Virus record (IMG/VR): IMGVR_UViG_2747842453_000002
Location: 1-64,000 of that record
Source of the DNA: a virus
Lineage: Duplodnaviria; Caudoviricetes
Length of the DNA stretch: 64,000 nucleotides
Reading direction: 5' to 3' (one strand)
Part shown: one piece after another, positions 20,133-29,728 of the stretch
How the letters are laid out: every line of letters begins with the position of its first letter
Numbering within the stretch: the stretch's first letter is position 1
Notes under the pieces: generated by a model
What the model saw: only the letters and a program-made list of their open reading frames with translations
Database searches by the model: none
What the model was told of the DNA's origin: nothing
Translations under genes and position numbers: made by a program

Positions 20133-20215
20133 ACATCTTAATTTTTTCGAATATCCTACTAACAAGTATTTAGAAAGAAAATATACTAAACCACATTATG
20201 AAAGCATTATTCGAT

Positions 20216-20998
20216 ATGTCTAAAATACAAAAACTAATGGAGCAAAGTCTTGCTATTAGAAGCTTCCCTATTAAAGAAGTACAAGACGTAGTAAACAATT
20301 TCAAGTTAGAAAATCATGCAGAAGTAAAAATCTTTAATAGCAAAATCACTGAATATTTAAAACCTTATTGTGATTTAAGTGAATTTGAATATCTATACCC
20401 ATTAAACGGTATTACCGAAGGTCTTAATTATTGGATGTGGGGTGAACAGCGTACTATACAAATACGCAAAGGCGATTATGTGTGGGTTACCGGTGAACCA
20501 GTTGGCGATGTGCATTATTGGACAAGCCCTGCAAGTTTTGACGGCAATTACTGTGACATACCAACTGATAAGCCGGTTGTATTAGATGTTGCATACTTAT
20601 TAAGTACTGAAATTAGACAATTTAAAATACCGGATAATGTCGAAAAAGTATTTTTTAGTTTTAGCAAATGCTTCGGATTAAGGAATTATCGTATAGGGTA
20701 TTATTGGAGTCGTAAGCCTGACCGATGGTTAGAGCCATTAAATGTCAATGCGAAATATTATAACTATCATAGTATGGGATTGGGAGAAAAACTAATTGAA
20801 TCTATTCCTATTGATTTGGTATACAACACTTTAAGACCATTACAACTTGAAATTTGCACAGAATTAAATTTAACTCCAAGTGATGTAATTTGGCTTGCAA
20901 CTTCAGATGATCCATGTTATAATAAATTTAAAAGAAGCTATACTAATAGATTGTGTGTAGCCGACTTGATAAAGGAAAAATACTATGATACCATTTAG
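20216..20998 (+). CDS. PLP-dependent aminotransferase class I/II-like enzyme
   Basis: NGITEGLN, VVLDVAY and FSFSKCFGLRNYRIG (PLP lysine). The start could also be 20198. Confidence 0.75.
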   Translation: MSKIQKLMEQSLAIRSFPIKEVQDVVNNFKLENHAEVKIFNSKITEYLKPYCDLSEFEYLYPLNGITEGLNYWMWGEQRTIQIRKGDYVWVTGEPVGDVHYWTSPASFDGNYCDIPTDKPVVLDVAYLLSTEIRQFKIPDNVEKVFFSFSKCFGLRNYRIGYYWSRKPDRWLEPLNVNAKYYNYHSMGLGEKLIESIPIDLVYNTLRPLQLEICTELNLTPSDVIWLATSDDPCYNKFKRSYTNRLCVADLIKEKYYDTI

Positions 20999-21803
20999 AC
21001 ATACTAATGATATTAAATCACTAGATATATCAAATGTTACTAACGAATTACAAACAGTAGGCAGTATTGTATTTCACGAACAAAATTTAACCGAATCTGA
21101 TTATATCAATACAATGAAAAAGTTTGGAGAGTGCGAAGCACCAGACTTGTTTATGAATCCAAAAGAGCATCCTGAAATATTTTTAGTTACTGGCAAGAGA
21201 GATGACCACGGTAAAAAAATTGGCATGTTTGGAGATTCTGAACTTGGATGGCACAGCAACGGTAATAGCAGACATTTAATTGACAAAATTGTTATTGCAT
21301 TATATTGTATCGAAGAAGATATCAATACTACATTGAGCATATGCAATACAAGCGATCCGTTTTATGAGTTGTCCAAAGACGAACAAGAGTATTGGAAAAG
21401 TATTAAAGTTAAAATTAAATTTCAAAACAATACAATGTATCATCTTGAGGACAACGATCCCGAACTAGAATTTATGAGCAAAAACAGAGGAAGTATTAGA
21501 GAGTTAGTAGGAATTCATCCGCACACAGGAAAGCATTATTTTTATTTCCCTTATCATTTTATAGTTGGTGCTTGGGAAGGAAAAACAAAAATTAATCATG
21601 AAAAAATGATTGAACGGTTAATGCCTATCATTTTCAAATCAAAACACCAGTATCATCATATTTTTAAAAAAGGAGATTTGTTGTTAATGGACCAGTTTTT
21701 AACCTTACATCGCCGAACACCTATCTTAGATAAAAATAGATTACTATGGAGAATTGCTTGTGATTATCAACATGTCTCATCTCAAGAAGAATTACACTAT
21801 TGA
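20985..21803 (+). CDS. TauD/TfdA-family dioxygenase
   Basis: GSIVFHEQNL, LGWHSNGN and GDLLLMDQFLTLHRR...RLLWR. Confidence 0.8.
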   Translation: MIPFRHTNDIKSLDISNVTNELQTVGSIVFHEQNLTESDYINTMKKFGECEAPDLFMNPKEHPEIFLVTGKRDDHGKKIGMFGDSELGWHSNGNSRHLIDKIVIALYCIEEDINTTLSICNTSDPFYELSKDEQEYWKSIKVKIKFQNNTMYHLEDNDPELEFMSKNRGSIRELVGIHPHTGKHYFYFPYHFIVGAWEGKTKINHEKMIERLMPIIFKSKHQYHHIFKKGDLLLMDQFLTLHRRTPILDKNRLLWRIACDYQHVSSQEELHY

Positions 21804-22296
21804 AGATATGAGTTATCTCGACGGTAATGAAGCGTCTGTATTGTACAATTTTAAAGCAAATCTTATAAAAGATCAATACTATAAAAAAGTAGTCGATGTG
21901 GGTTGTCGTACTGGCGAGATTAATAAATACCTTACAGATTACGATTATCTGTATTATGGGTTTGATACAAGTTCCGAACCTATAGAGTATGCAAAACAAC
22001 AATATCCTTCCAAGTTCTTTGAACTTAGAGATTGGAATAATTTAAGATATCTTCCTTGTGATGTAATTGTATTTGGAAGTGTATTAGTATATGCACAAAA
22101 TCCAATTGAGATGTTTGAACGGATTTGCAACTTTTATAAGCCGAAATGTGCAATAGTACACGAAGTAAATAATAAAAATACAGAACAACTAACTTATACA
22201 AATTTAAATTATTTTGAACAATATGAGACAGAAATATACGAGTTTGAACTAAATATACCAGTAAAACATAGGACAATCTTAAATGTTAAATTATAG
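21772..22296 (+). CDS. Class I SAM-dependent methyltransferase
   Basis: VVDVGCRTGE, YYGFDTS and DVIVFGSVL. Confidence 0.8.
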   Translation: MSHLKKNYTIEDMSYLDGNEASVLYNFKANLIKDQYYKKVVDVGCRTGEINKYLTDYDYLYYGFDTSSEPIEYAKQQYPSKFFELRDWNNLRYLPCDVIVFGSVLVYAQNPIEMFERICNFYKPKCAIVHEVNNKNTEQLTYTNLNYFEQYETEIYEFELNIPVKHRTILNVKL

Positions 22297-23062
22297 AATA
22301 AAAAAATATGATTTGGAGTATGATGAAAATGGTATACCTATACGACAATATTTAAACAACGATCCTGGTAATCCAGGACCTGATCGTCCAGGCTGGGAAG
22401 ATTTAAGTTTACATCACGACTATGCTGGATATAGAGATATGATATGGACACCAATCGACTTGCCCTATTTAGATGTTGATTTAGATCAGATTGATGCAAT
22501 ACGACAAGATCAAAACAAGAAAAAAAACTTTTACGAAACTGAAAATGTAGGAACACTGCTATTTTTAAAATGTAACGAGTGCGGACAAATAGGGGAAGAT
22601 CCAACTTGGTTTGATTGGGCAGAACAAGAGTTTCCGCACATTAAAGAATACGTTGACCAATTACCTTTTAAAAGTATACATCAGTTATTTTTTGTTCAAA
22701 CACCTAAACCTATACCACCACACTACGACGAAGAAAAAATAATGGAAGGATTACTCAGGACACAGGCACCTAGTCATTTACATTTTCGTTGGAGTAAAGT
22801 AACCGACTGGCGAAATGAACATTTTTATATGAGTAAGGATAGCGGAGCCACAAGAGTGTTTCCAATGTTGCCTCCAGAAACGAATGCCTTTGCTTATGAC
22901 GGAGCAACTTACGAACACGGAGTTGAAAAGGGATTTGAGTTTAAAGATAGATGTCAGTTAGTTATTCACGGCGTGTATGATTTGCCGAAATGGCATAATC
23001 TATTAGAACGCAGTTATCAAAAGTACAAAGATTATGTTATTACACCAAAACATTTTGATTAA
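22283..23062 (+). CDS. 2OG-Fe(II) oxygenase-like cupin
   Basis: IPPHYD...YEHGV...RCQLVIHG. Confidence 0.55.
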   Translation: MLNYRIKKYDLEYDENGIPIRQYLNNDPGNPGPDRPGWEDLSLHHDYAGYRDMIWTPIDLPYLDVDLDQIDAIRQDQNKKKNFYETENVGTLLFLKCNECGQIGEDPTWFDWAEQEFPHIKEYVDQLPFKSIHQLFFVQTPKPIPPHYDEEKIMEGLLRTQAPSHLHFRWSKVTDWRNEHFYMSKDSGATRVFPMLPPETNAFAYDGATYEHGVEKGFEFKDRCQLVIHGVYDLPKWHNLLERSYQKYKDYVITPKHFD

Positions 23063-23642
23063 ACAGTATAGCGAAGATCCTGAATATTATAGAGATTTGA
23101 TTTATCCTTTTATACGTAAATCACGTTTAGAAGGTAATGATAGTATAAGAACAACAAATTATAATCCAGATGATCCAAATATTGAAACTTGGATGTGCTT
23201 CATCGAAGGAAAATTAATCAGTATAAGCGCAGTAGAACAAAGTCATTATACAAATGATCCTGATGTAGCTGCTAGAGTATGTAGATATCATATTTTAAAA
23301 GATTATAGATTTACACATTGTGGTTTAAGAATGGCAGACCTTCAAATAGATTGGGCTAGAAAAAACAAGTTCGAAATACTTTATATTACACACGATGTAA
23401 ATAATCGTGCAATTAATGCTCTATATCAACGTAAAAAGCGTATGACGGTGGAATCTTTTAAACAGTTTACAAATACTGAATGGTATAAAAATTTACAATT
23501 AGAAACTGATTTTTTATTTAAAACTGGTGATATGTTACAATATGTTTACAGCATTAGATTAAACAATTCTAATTTTATTTGGCAACCAGAGAGTAAATTT
23601 ATAACAAGGAATTTTGATGCAAGTCTTATTGAGTGCCCCTAG
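23034..23642 (+). CDS. GNAT-like acyltransferase
   Basis: RVCRYHILKDYRFTHCG and YITHDVNNRAINALY. Confidence 0.6.
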   Translation: MLLHQNILIKQYSEDPEYYRDLIYPFIRKSRLEGNDSIRTTNYNPDDPNIETWMCFIEGKLISISAVEQSHYTNDPDVAARVCRYHILKDYRFTHCGLRMADLQIDWARKNKFEILYITHDVNNRAINALYQRKKRMTVESFKQFTNTEWYKNLQLETDFLFKTGDMLQYVYSIRLNNSNFIWQPESKFITRNFDASLIECP

Positions 23643-24237
23643 GGCAGGATCCTCTTACGGTTATGAACAAGTACACGAATATAATTTAACATTGCCAAAT
23701 GTAAAATATATTGGTGTAGAAGAATATCTTGATCCTAATCAACTATGCTATATGACGTTAGAACAAAAAATTAATTTTTTAAAAAGTGAAAAAGACAAAG
23801 GTATAAATTATACATTTAAACACCATATAAATTATCTCGGAGACTATTATGAAAATTGGTTTAAAGAGTTTTACAAAGACGATGAAATATTAATACTCAA
23901 GCGTAAAGATAAATGGAAATGGTTCTTGAGTTTTTTATTCCAAGATTACAACAGTTGGTCAACGGCTGCTATAAAGATCGACAATAATTTATATAGTAAA
24001 GATATTAACGAAAACTGGACAGATTATGATTATAATAGAAGTTTAAAACAGTTTTTTGAAATCACAGAACAACTAAATAGATGTGAAGGCAAAATAATTT
24101 ACTATGAAGATTACTACCATACAAGTAAAAAATATAAAAAGTTATCTTCATTAGTAGATTACGAATCATATTTTTTAAACATACATGAAATAAAAGAACA
24201 TTTTGCAGATATATTATATAAAAGAGTACCGATATGA
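23614..24237 (+). CDS. Sulfotransferase-like P-loop protein
   Basis: VLLSAPRAGSSY (5'-PSB-like), LKRKD..FLS (3'-PB-like) and IYYED. Confidence 0.6.
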   Translation: MMQVLLSAPRAGSSYGYEQVHEYNLTLPNVKYIGVEEYLDPNQLCYMTLEQKINFLKSEKDKGINYTFKHHINYLGDYYENWFKEFYKDDEILILKRKDKWKWFLSFLFQDYNSWSTAAIKIDNNLYSKDINENWTDYDYNRSLKQFFEITEQLNRCEGKIIYYEDYYHTSKKYKKLSSLVDYESYFLNIHEIKEHFADILYKRVPI

Positions 24238-24854
24238 AAAAACACGATTTACCTACTATTGCTAATTTAAATTTAGATATTAATTTAGAAAATTTACGAG
24301 CGGCTACAAATAAACTTAATGAACAATTTGTAGATGTACGTACTGCTAATCCCATGCTTTGTGATAATCACATGGAACTAGTTGCTAGTGTATATGACAA
24401 CTTTGAACAAATTAATTTGACTACTCCGAGTGAAATATTACCATACGAAACTAGTATCAAAGAGCGTCTAAGGCGCCGCGAAGAACACTTATATAATATA
24501 CCGACTGAAGATTATACTGATAGTGTGTTTGAAAAGATTGTGACACAATGTAAGGCGCCAGCAAGCCGTATACGCATTACTAAACTCGAATCTGGTAAAA
24601 TTATACCTTTTCATGTGGACTATGATGTAAGCTATGCGGTGCGCTGTATAGTACCCATATACGGTGGAAGCAATGTTGTAAACTTATTTAAACGTGACGG
24701 GAAACTTGAGGCGTACAATCTAGAAGATGGCACAGCAAACTTCCTTAATATTGGATATCCACACGCGGTAGTTAATATGAGTAGCCAACCTCGCATTGCA
24801 TTAATGTTTAGTTTAGATGGCACTGAAGATATAAATAAATTATGTTTGAAATAG
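24234..24854 (+). CDS. AspH-like 2OG-Fe(II) oxygenase
   Basis: SRIRITKLESGKIIPFHVD...GYPHAVVNMSSQPRIALMF. Confidence 0.75.
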   Translation: MKKHDLPTIANLNLDINLENLRAATNKLNEQFVDVRTANPMLCDNHMELVASVYDNFEQINLTTPSEILPYETSIKERLRRREEHLYNIPTEDYTDSVFEKIVTQCKAPASRIRITKLESGKIIPFHVDYDVSYAVRCIVPIYGGSNVVNLFKRDGKLEAYNLEDGTANFLNIGYPHAVVNMSSQPRIALMFSLDGTEDINKLCLK

Positions 24855-25507
24855 ATATTCCTAAAGAAACAATTGATGCTTTATTTGATGTGGTTATTGA
24901 AAGATTGGGCAAGCGCAAGTTAGGTGATTTTCCTTTTTACACTCACGTACCAGATTATATAGTAACTGATTATATGTCTAAATGGATTGATATTGACAAA
25001 ATTTCAACTGGATATATCTATGGTCACAGTGAAACTATTCCTTTACATACAGATAAGTGGAAAACATCTACGTTTTATAATTTAAATATACCTCTTTATA
25101 ATACTGTAGATAATCAACAATTTCTAGTATTTGACCAGGAGTTTTTGGATAGAGGCTGTGAATGGCAGACCGAAGATATAGATCAAGAAAGACATCAACC
25201 ACTTACATCAGCGGACAAAAATAATAGCGATAAAGACAATGACCATCTCAAAAGTATATGTTATAAAGGTGTTCGTCCTATAGATACAGAAATATGTTAT
25301 GTAACTAATGATCCTGTAAATGAAGATATTGTAGACTTGTTACCGTTTAATAAAGACTTCTACTTTGGACTTACTGGAAAAAATTGGATTCAATCAGTTG
25401 GCAAAGGACTAATTTTCAAAACAACACAATTACACGGAACTGCAAAACAAAATTCATTTAAGGTAGGATGCGTGTTTTTGCTGAAATCTCAAGATTGTCT
25501 GTTGTAA
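24842..25507 (+). CDS. 2OG-Fe(II) oxygenase-like cupin
   Basis: IPLHTD...NIPL...VFDQ...QLHGT. Confidence 0.55.
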   Translation: MFEIDIPKETIDALFDVVIERLGKRKLGDFPFYTHVPDYIVTDYMSKWIDIDKISTGYIYGHSETIPLHTDKWKTSTFYNLNIPLYNTVDNQQFLVFDQEFLDRGCEWQTEDIDQERHQPLTSADKNNSDKDNDHLKSICYKGVRPIDTEICYVTNDPVNEDIVDLLPFNKDFYFGLTGKNWIQSVGKGLIFKTTQLHGTAKQNSFKVGCVFLLKSQDCLL

Positions 25508-26117
25508 ATTGTATAGTGCAGCCTATTTTACTCGACTGCATTTTACCCGTTGCATGTATTCTATTTGCAGGAAATAATAATGCTTTTCCGGGAGTGTAAC
25601 TCCATGCTTTTCCTGTTAATCCATGATACAAATCTTTTGTATATGGCAAATATTCAAATAATTGTTCATCGATAGATAACCCAGTGCATCCTTTTACAAA
25701 ATCTGTATCACAAGGTCTAGTACGCAAGGATGATTCATAATACATTTCTTTTAATTCCAGGTCTGTTTTATCGTCAAATATGTTATAGATCCAAGAAACT
25801 TCTTTATCACTATCTACAGTTTGATCAAAAACAATAAACTTTTGCTCTTTGTATGCTTGAATAGGAATTAGTAGAATTGATTTCTTTTTAGCACTTATAT
25901 CACTATGTATTGTAAAAGGTGACTCATGATTAAAAATATTTGAGTAATGAAAATATTTTATATCTATAAATTTTTTTAAAATATCTTTAATTTTGTCTTG
26001 TTCTTCTATTATAGACAAATCTTTCATATGTGTTTTATCACCGTTGATTGAAAGATTTATCAACTGATTTAATATATCTTTAGGTAAAGTTATTTCTATC
26101 ATTTCGTTAATTTTCAT
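25458..26117 (-). CDS. 2OG-Fe(II) oxygenase-like cupin, paralog of 24842..25507
   Basis: FTIHSD..LIPI..FIVFDQ..RPCDT..YHGLTGKAW..RIHAT. Minus-strand TATAAATA at 26123-26130. Confidence 0.6.
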   Translation of the reverse strand: MKINEMIEITLPKDILNQLINLSINGDKTHMKDLSIIEEQDKIKDILKKFIDIKYFHYSNIFNHESPFTIHSDISAKKKSILLIPIQAYKEQKFIVFDQTVDSDKEVSWIYNIFDDKTDLELKEMYYESSLRTRPCDTDFVKGCTGLSIDEQLFEYLPYTKDLYHGLTGKAWSYTPGKALLFPANRIHATGKMQSSKIGCTIQFTTDNLEISAKTRILP

Positions 26118-26213
26118 ACATATATTTATACTTAACAAACATAATAATCTGAATAAATACAATATATAAATATATCCACTGCGATGTATTAAAAATTAAA
26201 GAGGAGACATACT

Positions 26214-26459
26214 ATGAAATTTTTATATGTGGATGTCAAAAAAGGTAAATTAGTTGGAGTATTCAACAATGTTGCGGGCAATATAAAGTATTTGTCTGCA
26301 GACGATATTGAAATACAGAAAGATAAGCATCAGGCACTAAATCGTATTAACACTGTGAAAGAATTCAATGATGCGCTAGTTGCAATGCAAAATCATGACC
26401 AACCAAAAAAATTGTTTAAGATGTCTAATCCTTTCAAAAACGTTTTTAAAAAGAAATAA
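26214..26459 (+). CDS. Hypothetical late protein
   Basis: GAGGAG RBS; TATAAATA at 26165. Confidence 0.65.
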   Translation: MKFLYVDVKKGKLVGVFNNVAGNIKYLSADDIEIQKDKHQALNRINTVKEFNDALVAMQNHDQPKKLFKMSNPFKNVFKKK

Positions 26460-26494
26460 TAATTAATATAATATATTCTGTAGGAGAACTATAA

Positions 26495-29400
26495 ATGGCA
26501 TATGCTGTAAAATATAGACGCGGTACAACTGCTGAACATGCATCATTCACTGGTGCAGCAGGCGAAATAACTGTAAACACAACCACCAATCAATTAATAG
26601 TACACGATGGCGTCACGATTGGTGGCCATGCTATTAGTGCAGGAGTTAGTGGCGGTGGCGGGCCAAGTACATTGACTGATTTAAATATCAGTGATGGAAC
26701 TGATGGTCAAGTTCTTACTACTGATGGTACTGGAACATTCACGTTTACTACCGTAACAAATAGTGGAGGCAGCAGTCAAACTTCTACAATTATTTCCCCA
26801 TCTGCATTTGCATATGTCAATACAACATCAGATGGTTCAGGTACAAACATAAGTTGGTCAAATTGGAATAACTCCAATGGTACAATGGACTTTACATTTG
26901 AAACTGCACAGCCAGATGTAAATTATGCGGTCATAAGTGATGTAGAAAAATTCGATGATATCAATATTCAGGTTTCTTCTAAATCTACTACTGGATTTAC
27001 AATTACTATCTATGATGGTTTAGGAAACGTAGCAAGTCCTGATATAACAGGCACATTTTCTATTATAGTATATGCATCAACGCCTACATTAGAAGTGAAT
27101 GGATCAAGTAATAGTAGCAGTGTTGGCAGTGATGAAGTTTATATTCTCGCAGATATGCCAGCATTAATTGCAAAAACTGGAATGATTACAGGAGATAAAG
27201 CATATCTTACTTCAAACAACAATTTATATTTATATATAGGAACAGGTTGGTATCTAATTGCATCAGTACAGAATGATGCCCCATCTGCAATTACAAATGT
27301 TAATTCATCATACGTTCTTTCTATTGATGGCACACCTACTGTAATTACTGCAGCCTCAACCGATCCAGAAGGATTTCCTCTTACGTGGAGTTACGCAGTA
27401 ACGAGTGGTTCACTTGGCGCAACTACAATTTCACAAACTGATAATGTCTTTACTATTACTCCAAGTACTAATTCAGCAGACGAAGGTGAGTTTACATTAA
27501 CTATATCTGCAACTGACGGCACCAATGGTGCAGTAAACACAGCAACATCAATATCATTGCAATTCCAAGTTAGTGTCACTAATAGTAGATATACACAATT
27601 ACTAGTAACAGCAGTTGGTACATCAGATAATAGTAATGTAACAGATTCATCTACTAATAATTATAGCATGTCTAATATCGGCGAACCACAGGCTGGGACA
27701 TTTAGTCCATACAGACACGGTGGTTATAGTATGTACTTTAATGGAATATTTGATCAATTGAACATTGCAAGTCATGAGAGCTTGGGCTTTGGTACTGGGG
27801 ATTTCACAATAGAATTTTGGACTCAGTGGGGCGGCACCTTTTCGAGCGCATCTGGTGGTGCCATGGTAGACCTCAGGTCGGCAGTGGACGCCTCAGCAAC
27901 TGTTATCTACTTGAGCACAGCAAGTACAGGAGGCCAAATTACTTTCTATGATGGACCGGCGAATACAGAGATTTCTACTGGGATTGCTATAACTAAAGAA
28001 TGGACCCATATTGCCCTTGCTAGAGAGAGCGGAGTATGGAGAATATTTATTAATGGAACCCTTCGTGCCTCTAGAACTAGTAGTACCAACTTGGGCAGCA
28101 GCCAGCCTATTAGAATAGGCCAGGGAATAAATGGTTGGACCACTGCATATGACGGACATATTTCAGATCTTAGAATCGTAAAAGGTACTGCTATTTATAC
28201 TAGTAACTTCACTCCACCGGATGAACGCCTGGAGTCAGTACCAAACACTAGCCTTCTTACCTGTCACCGTCCTTATTATGCAGACGGTTCATCAAATAAC
28301 CATACTGTTATTCTCGGAGGACACATCCCAAAAATAGAACCATTTGCACCATATGACTATCCAGGGTACGGATCATCAACTAACGGTGGGTCTGTATATT
28401 TGGATGGTAGCAGCAGTGTCACAGTGCCTGATGCTCTTAATCTTGGCACAGATGATTTTACATATGAATTTTGGATTTGGACAGACGAAAATTGGAATCC
28501 TGGAGGTGCAGATGCAATAGCGGCACAGTCTACAAAACCAATTATTAGTGCTGAAACAAGTGGGACTGGTGTAGGCTGGACATTTGGGCCAAGTACATTA
28601 GATGGATTTAACGGTTTAACTTTTAGTTATGGTTTATATGGTAGTTTTATAGTTGGAAAATTTATTGATAACTATTGGATAGTCCCAAAAGAATGGACTC
28701 ATCTTGTCGCTCAAAGAAGAAACGGAATTGTTGAAATTTATGTAAATGGTGTAAGTCGAACATTAACTACCTACAATCAAAATGCAACTTGGAATGATGG
28801 AGCAGATATAACGAGTACTCAAACTTCTAGAACATTTTGTAATGGAGTTAATTGTTATATTTCGGATCTAAGATTAATTACTGGTTCTTATGTGTATGAT
28901 GGTGATTTTATTCCACCATCTGTCCCTTTACCCACAGTCACTGGAGCCGATTTGCACATCAAAGGCACAGATGCTTCTATCATAGATAAGGCACAAACCG
29001 GTAATCTACCTCTAATTGGCAATACTAGCGGTTCAACTACTCAAGTTAAGTTTGCAGATAGTAAGTCGATGTATTTTGATGGCAGTGGTTATGTTAGAGT
29101 AGAAGATTTAGGAAGTGGGCCATTAGCCACAAGCGAAGGATTTACAATCGAAGGTTGGATATATCCAATAACATTCTACAGCCCTTCGACCGCCTTCTTT
29201 GGTCTAAATAAAATTTCTAATGGAGATAATGTACTTGTGTTTGTAGGTGGCAACGGCGGAAGTTTATATTATGGATCGACCAGTTACTGGACGACCAGTA
29301 CGGATGTGCCTCAAAATGAATGGAGCCATATTGCAGTAGTTGTTGTAGGAACTTTAGTAAAAGTTTATTTAAATGGATCTGAAGTTATATCTAAAACATT

Positions 29401-29584
29401 GTCAAGTTTATCTACGATTAATTGGGATGATTGTATATTTGCAATTGGAGCAGAATATGACTCCGCAAACGGAGGCGGTATCGGTAATCGCTTGACAGGT
29501 TATATTCAGGACTTCCGTATTACCAAAGGTTTAGCAAGGTATACTGCAAACTTTACACCACCAACATCACCACTGGAAGGCTAA
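26495..29584 (+). CDS. Tail fibre/receptor-binding protein: Mtd_N-like N-terminus, Ig-like domain, three LamG domains
   Basis: RRGTTAEHASFTGAAGEITV..HDG; FTIEFW, WTHIAL and DLRIVKG..YTSNFTPP LamG motifs. Confidence 0.8.
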   Translation: MAYAVKYRRGTTAEHASFTGAAGEITVNTTTNQLIVHDGVTIGGHAISAGVSGGGGPSTLTDLNISDGTDGQVLTTDGTGTFTFTTVTNSGGSSQTSTIISPSAFAYVNTTSDGSGTNISWSNWNNSNGTMDFTFETAQPDVNYAVISDVEKFDDINIQVSSKSTTGFTITIYDGLGNVASPDITGTFSIIVYASTPTLEVNGSSNSSSVGSDEVYILADMPALIAKTGMITGDKAYLTSNNNLYLYIGTGWYLIASVQNDAPSAITNVNSSYVLSIDGTPTVITAASTDPEGFPLTWSYAVTSGSLGATTISQTDNVFTITPSTNSADEGEFTLTISATDGTNGAVNTATSISLQFQVSVTNSRYTQLLVTAVGTSDNSNVTDSSTNNYSMSNIGEPQAGTFSPYRHGGYSMYFNGIFDQLNIASHESLGFGTGDFTIEFWTQWGGTFSSASGGAMVDLRSAVDASATVIYLSTASTGGQITFYDGPANTEISTGIAITKEWTHIALARESGVWRIFINGTLRASRTSSTNLGSSQPIRIGQGINGWTTAYDGHISDLRIVKGTAIYTSNFTPPDERLESVPNTSLLTCHRPYYADGSSNNHTVILGGHIPKIEPFAPYDYPGYGSSTNGGSVYLDGSSSVTVPDALNLGTDDFTYEFWIWTDENWNPGGADAIAAQSTKPIISAETSGTGVGWTFGPSTLDGFNGLTFSYGLYGSFIVGKFIDNYWIVPKEWTHLVAQRRNGIVEIYVNGVSRTLTTYNQNATWNDGADITSTQTSRTFCNGVNCYISDLRLITGSYVYDGDFIPPSVPLPTVTGADLHIKGTDASIIDKAQTGNLPLIGNTSGSTTQVKFADSKSMYFDGSGYVRVEDLGSGPLATSEGFTIEGWIYPITFYSPSTAFFGLNKISNGDNVLVFVGGNGGSLYYGSTSYWTTSTDVPQNEWSHIAVVVVGTLVKVYLNGSEVISKTLSSLSTINWDDCIFAIGAEYDSANGGGIGNRLTGYIQDFRITKGLARYTANFTPPTSPLEG

Positions 29585-29606
29585 AATCTTAAAATATACG
29601 AAAACT

Positions 29607-29632
29607 AAAAAGCGTTCTTTGAACGCTTTTTT
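29607..29632 (+). terminator. Bidirectional intrinsic terminator
   Basis: AAAAAGCGTTC-TTT-GAACGCTTTTTT. Confidence 0.85.
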
Positions 29633-29728
29633 ATTGAAAAAGTAATTTAACTATACATATGCAAGAACGATATATTGATAAATACTATCAAAGTAATATC
29701 ATAACACGTAATTTAGGAGAATAATAAC

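Noticed and set aside
20129-20173. TAG readthrough joining MNILIFSNILLTSI to the PLP enzyme
   Set aside because: It is in frame, but no suppressor tRNA is seen and other genes stop at TAG. A start at 20216 or 20198 is simpler.
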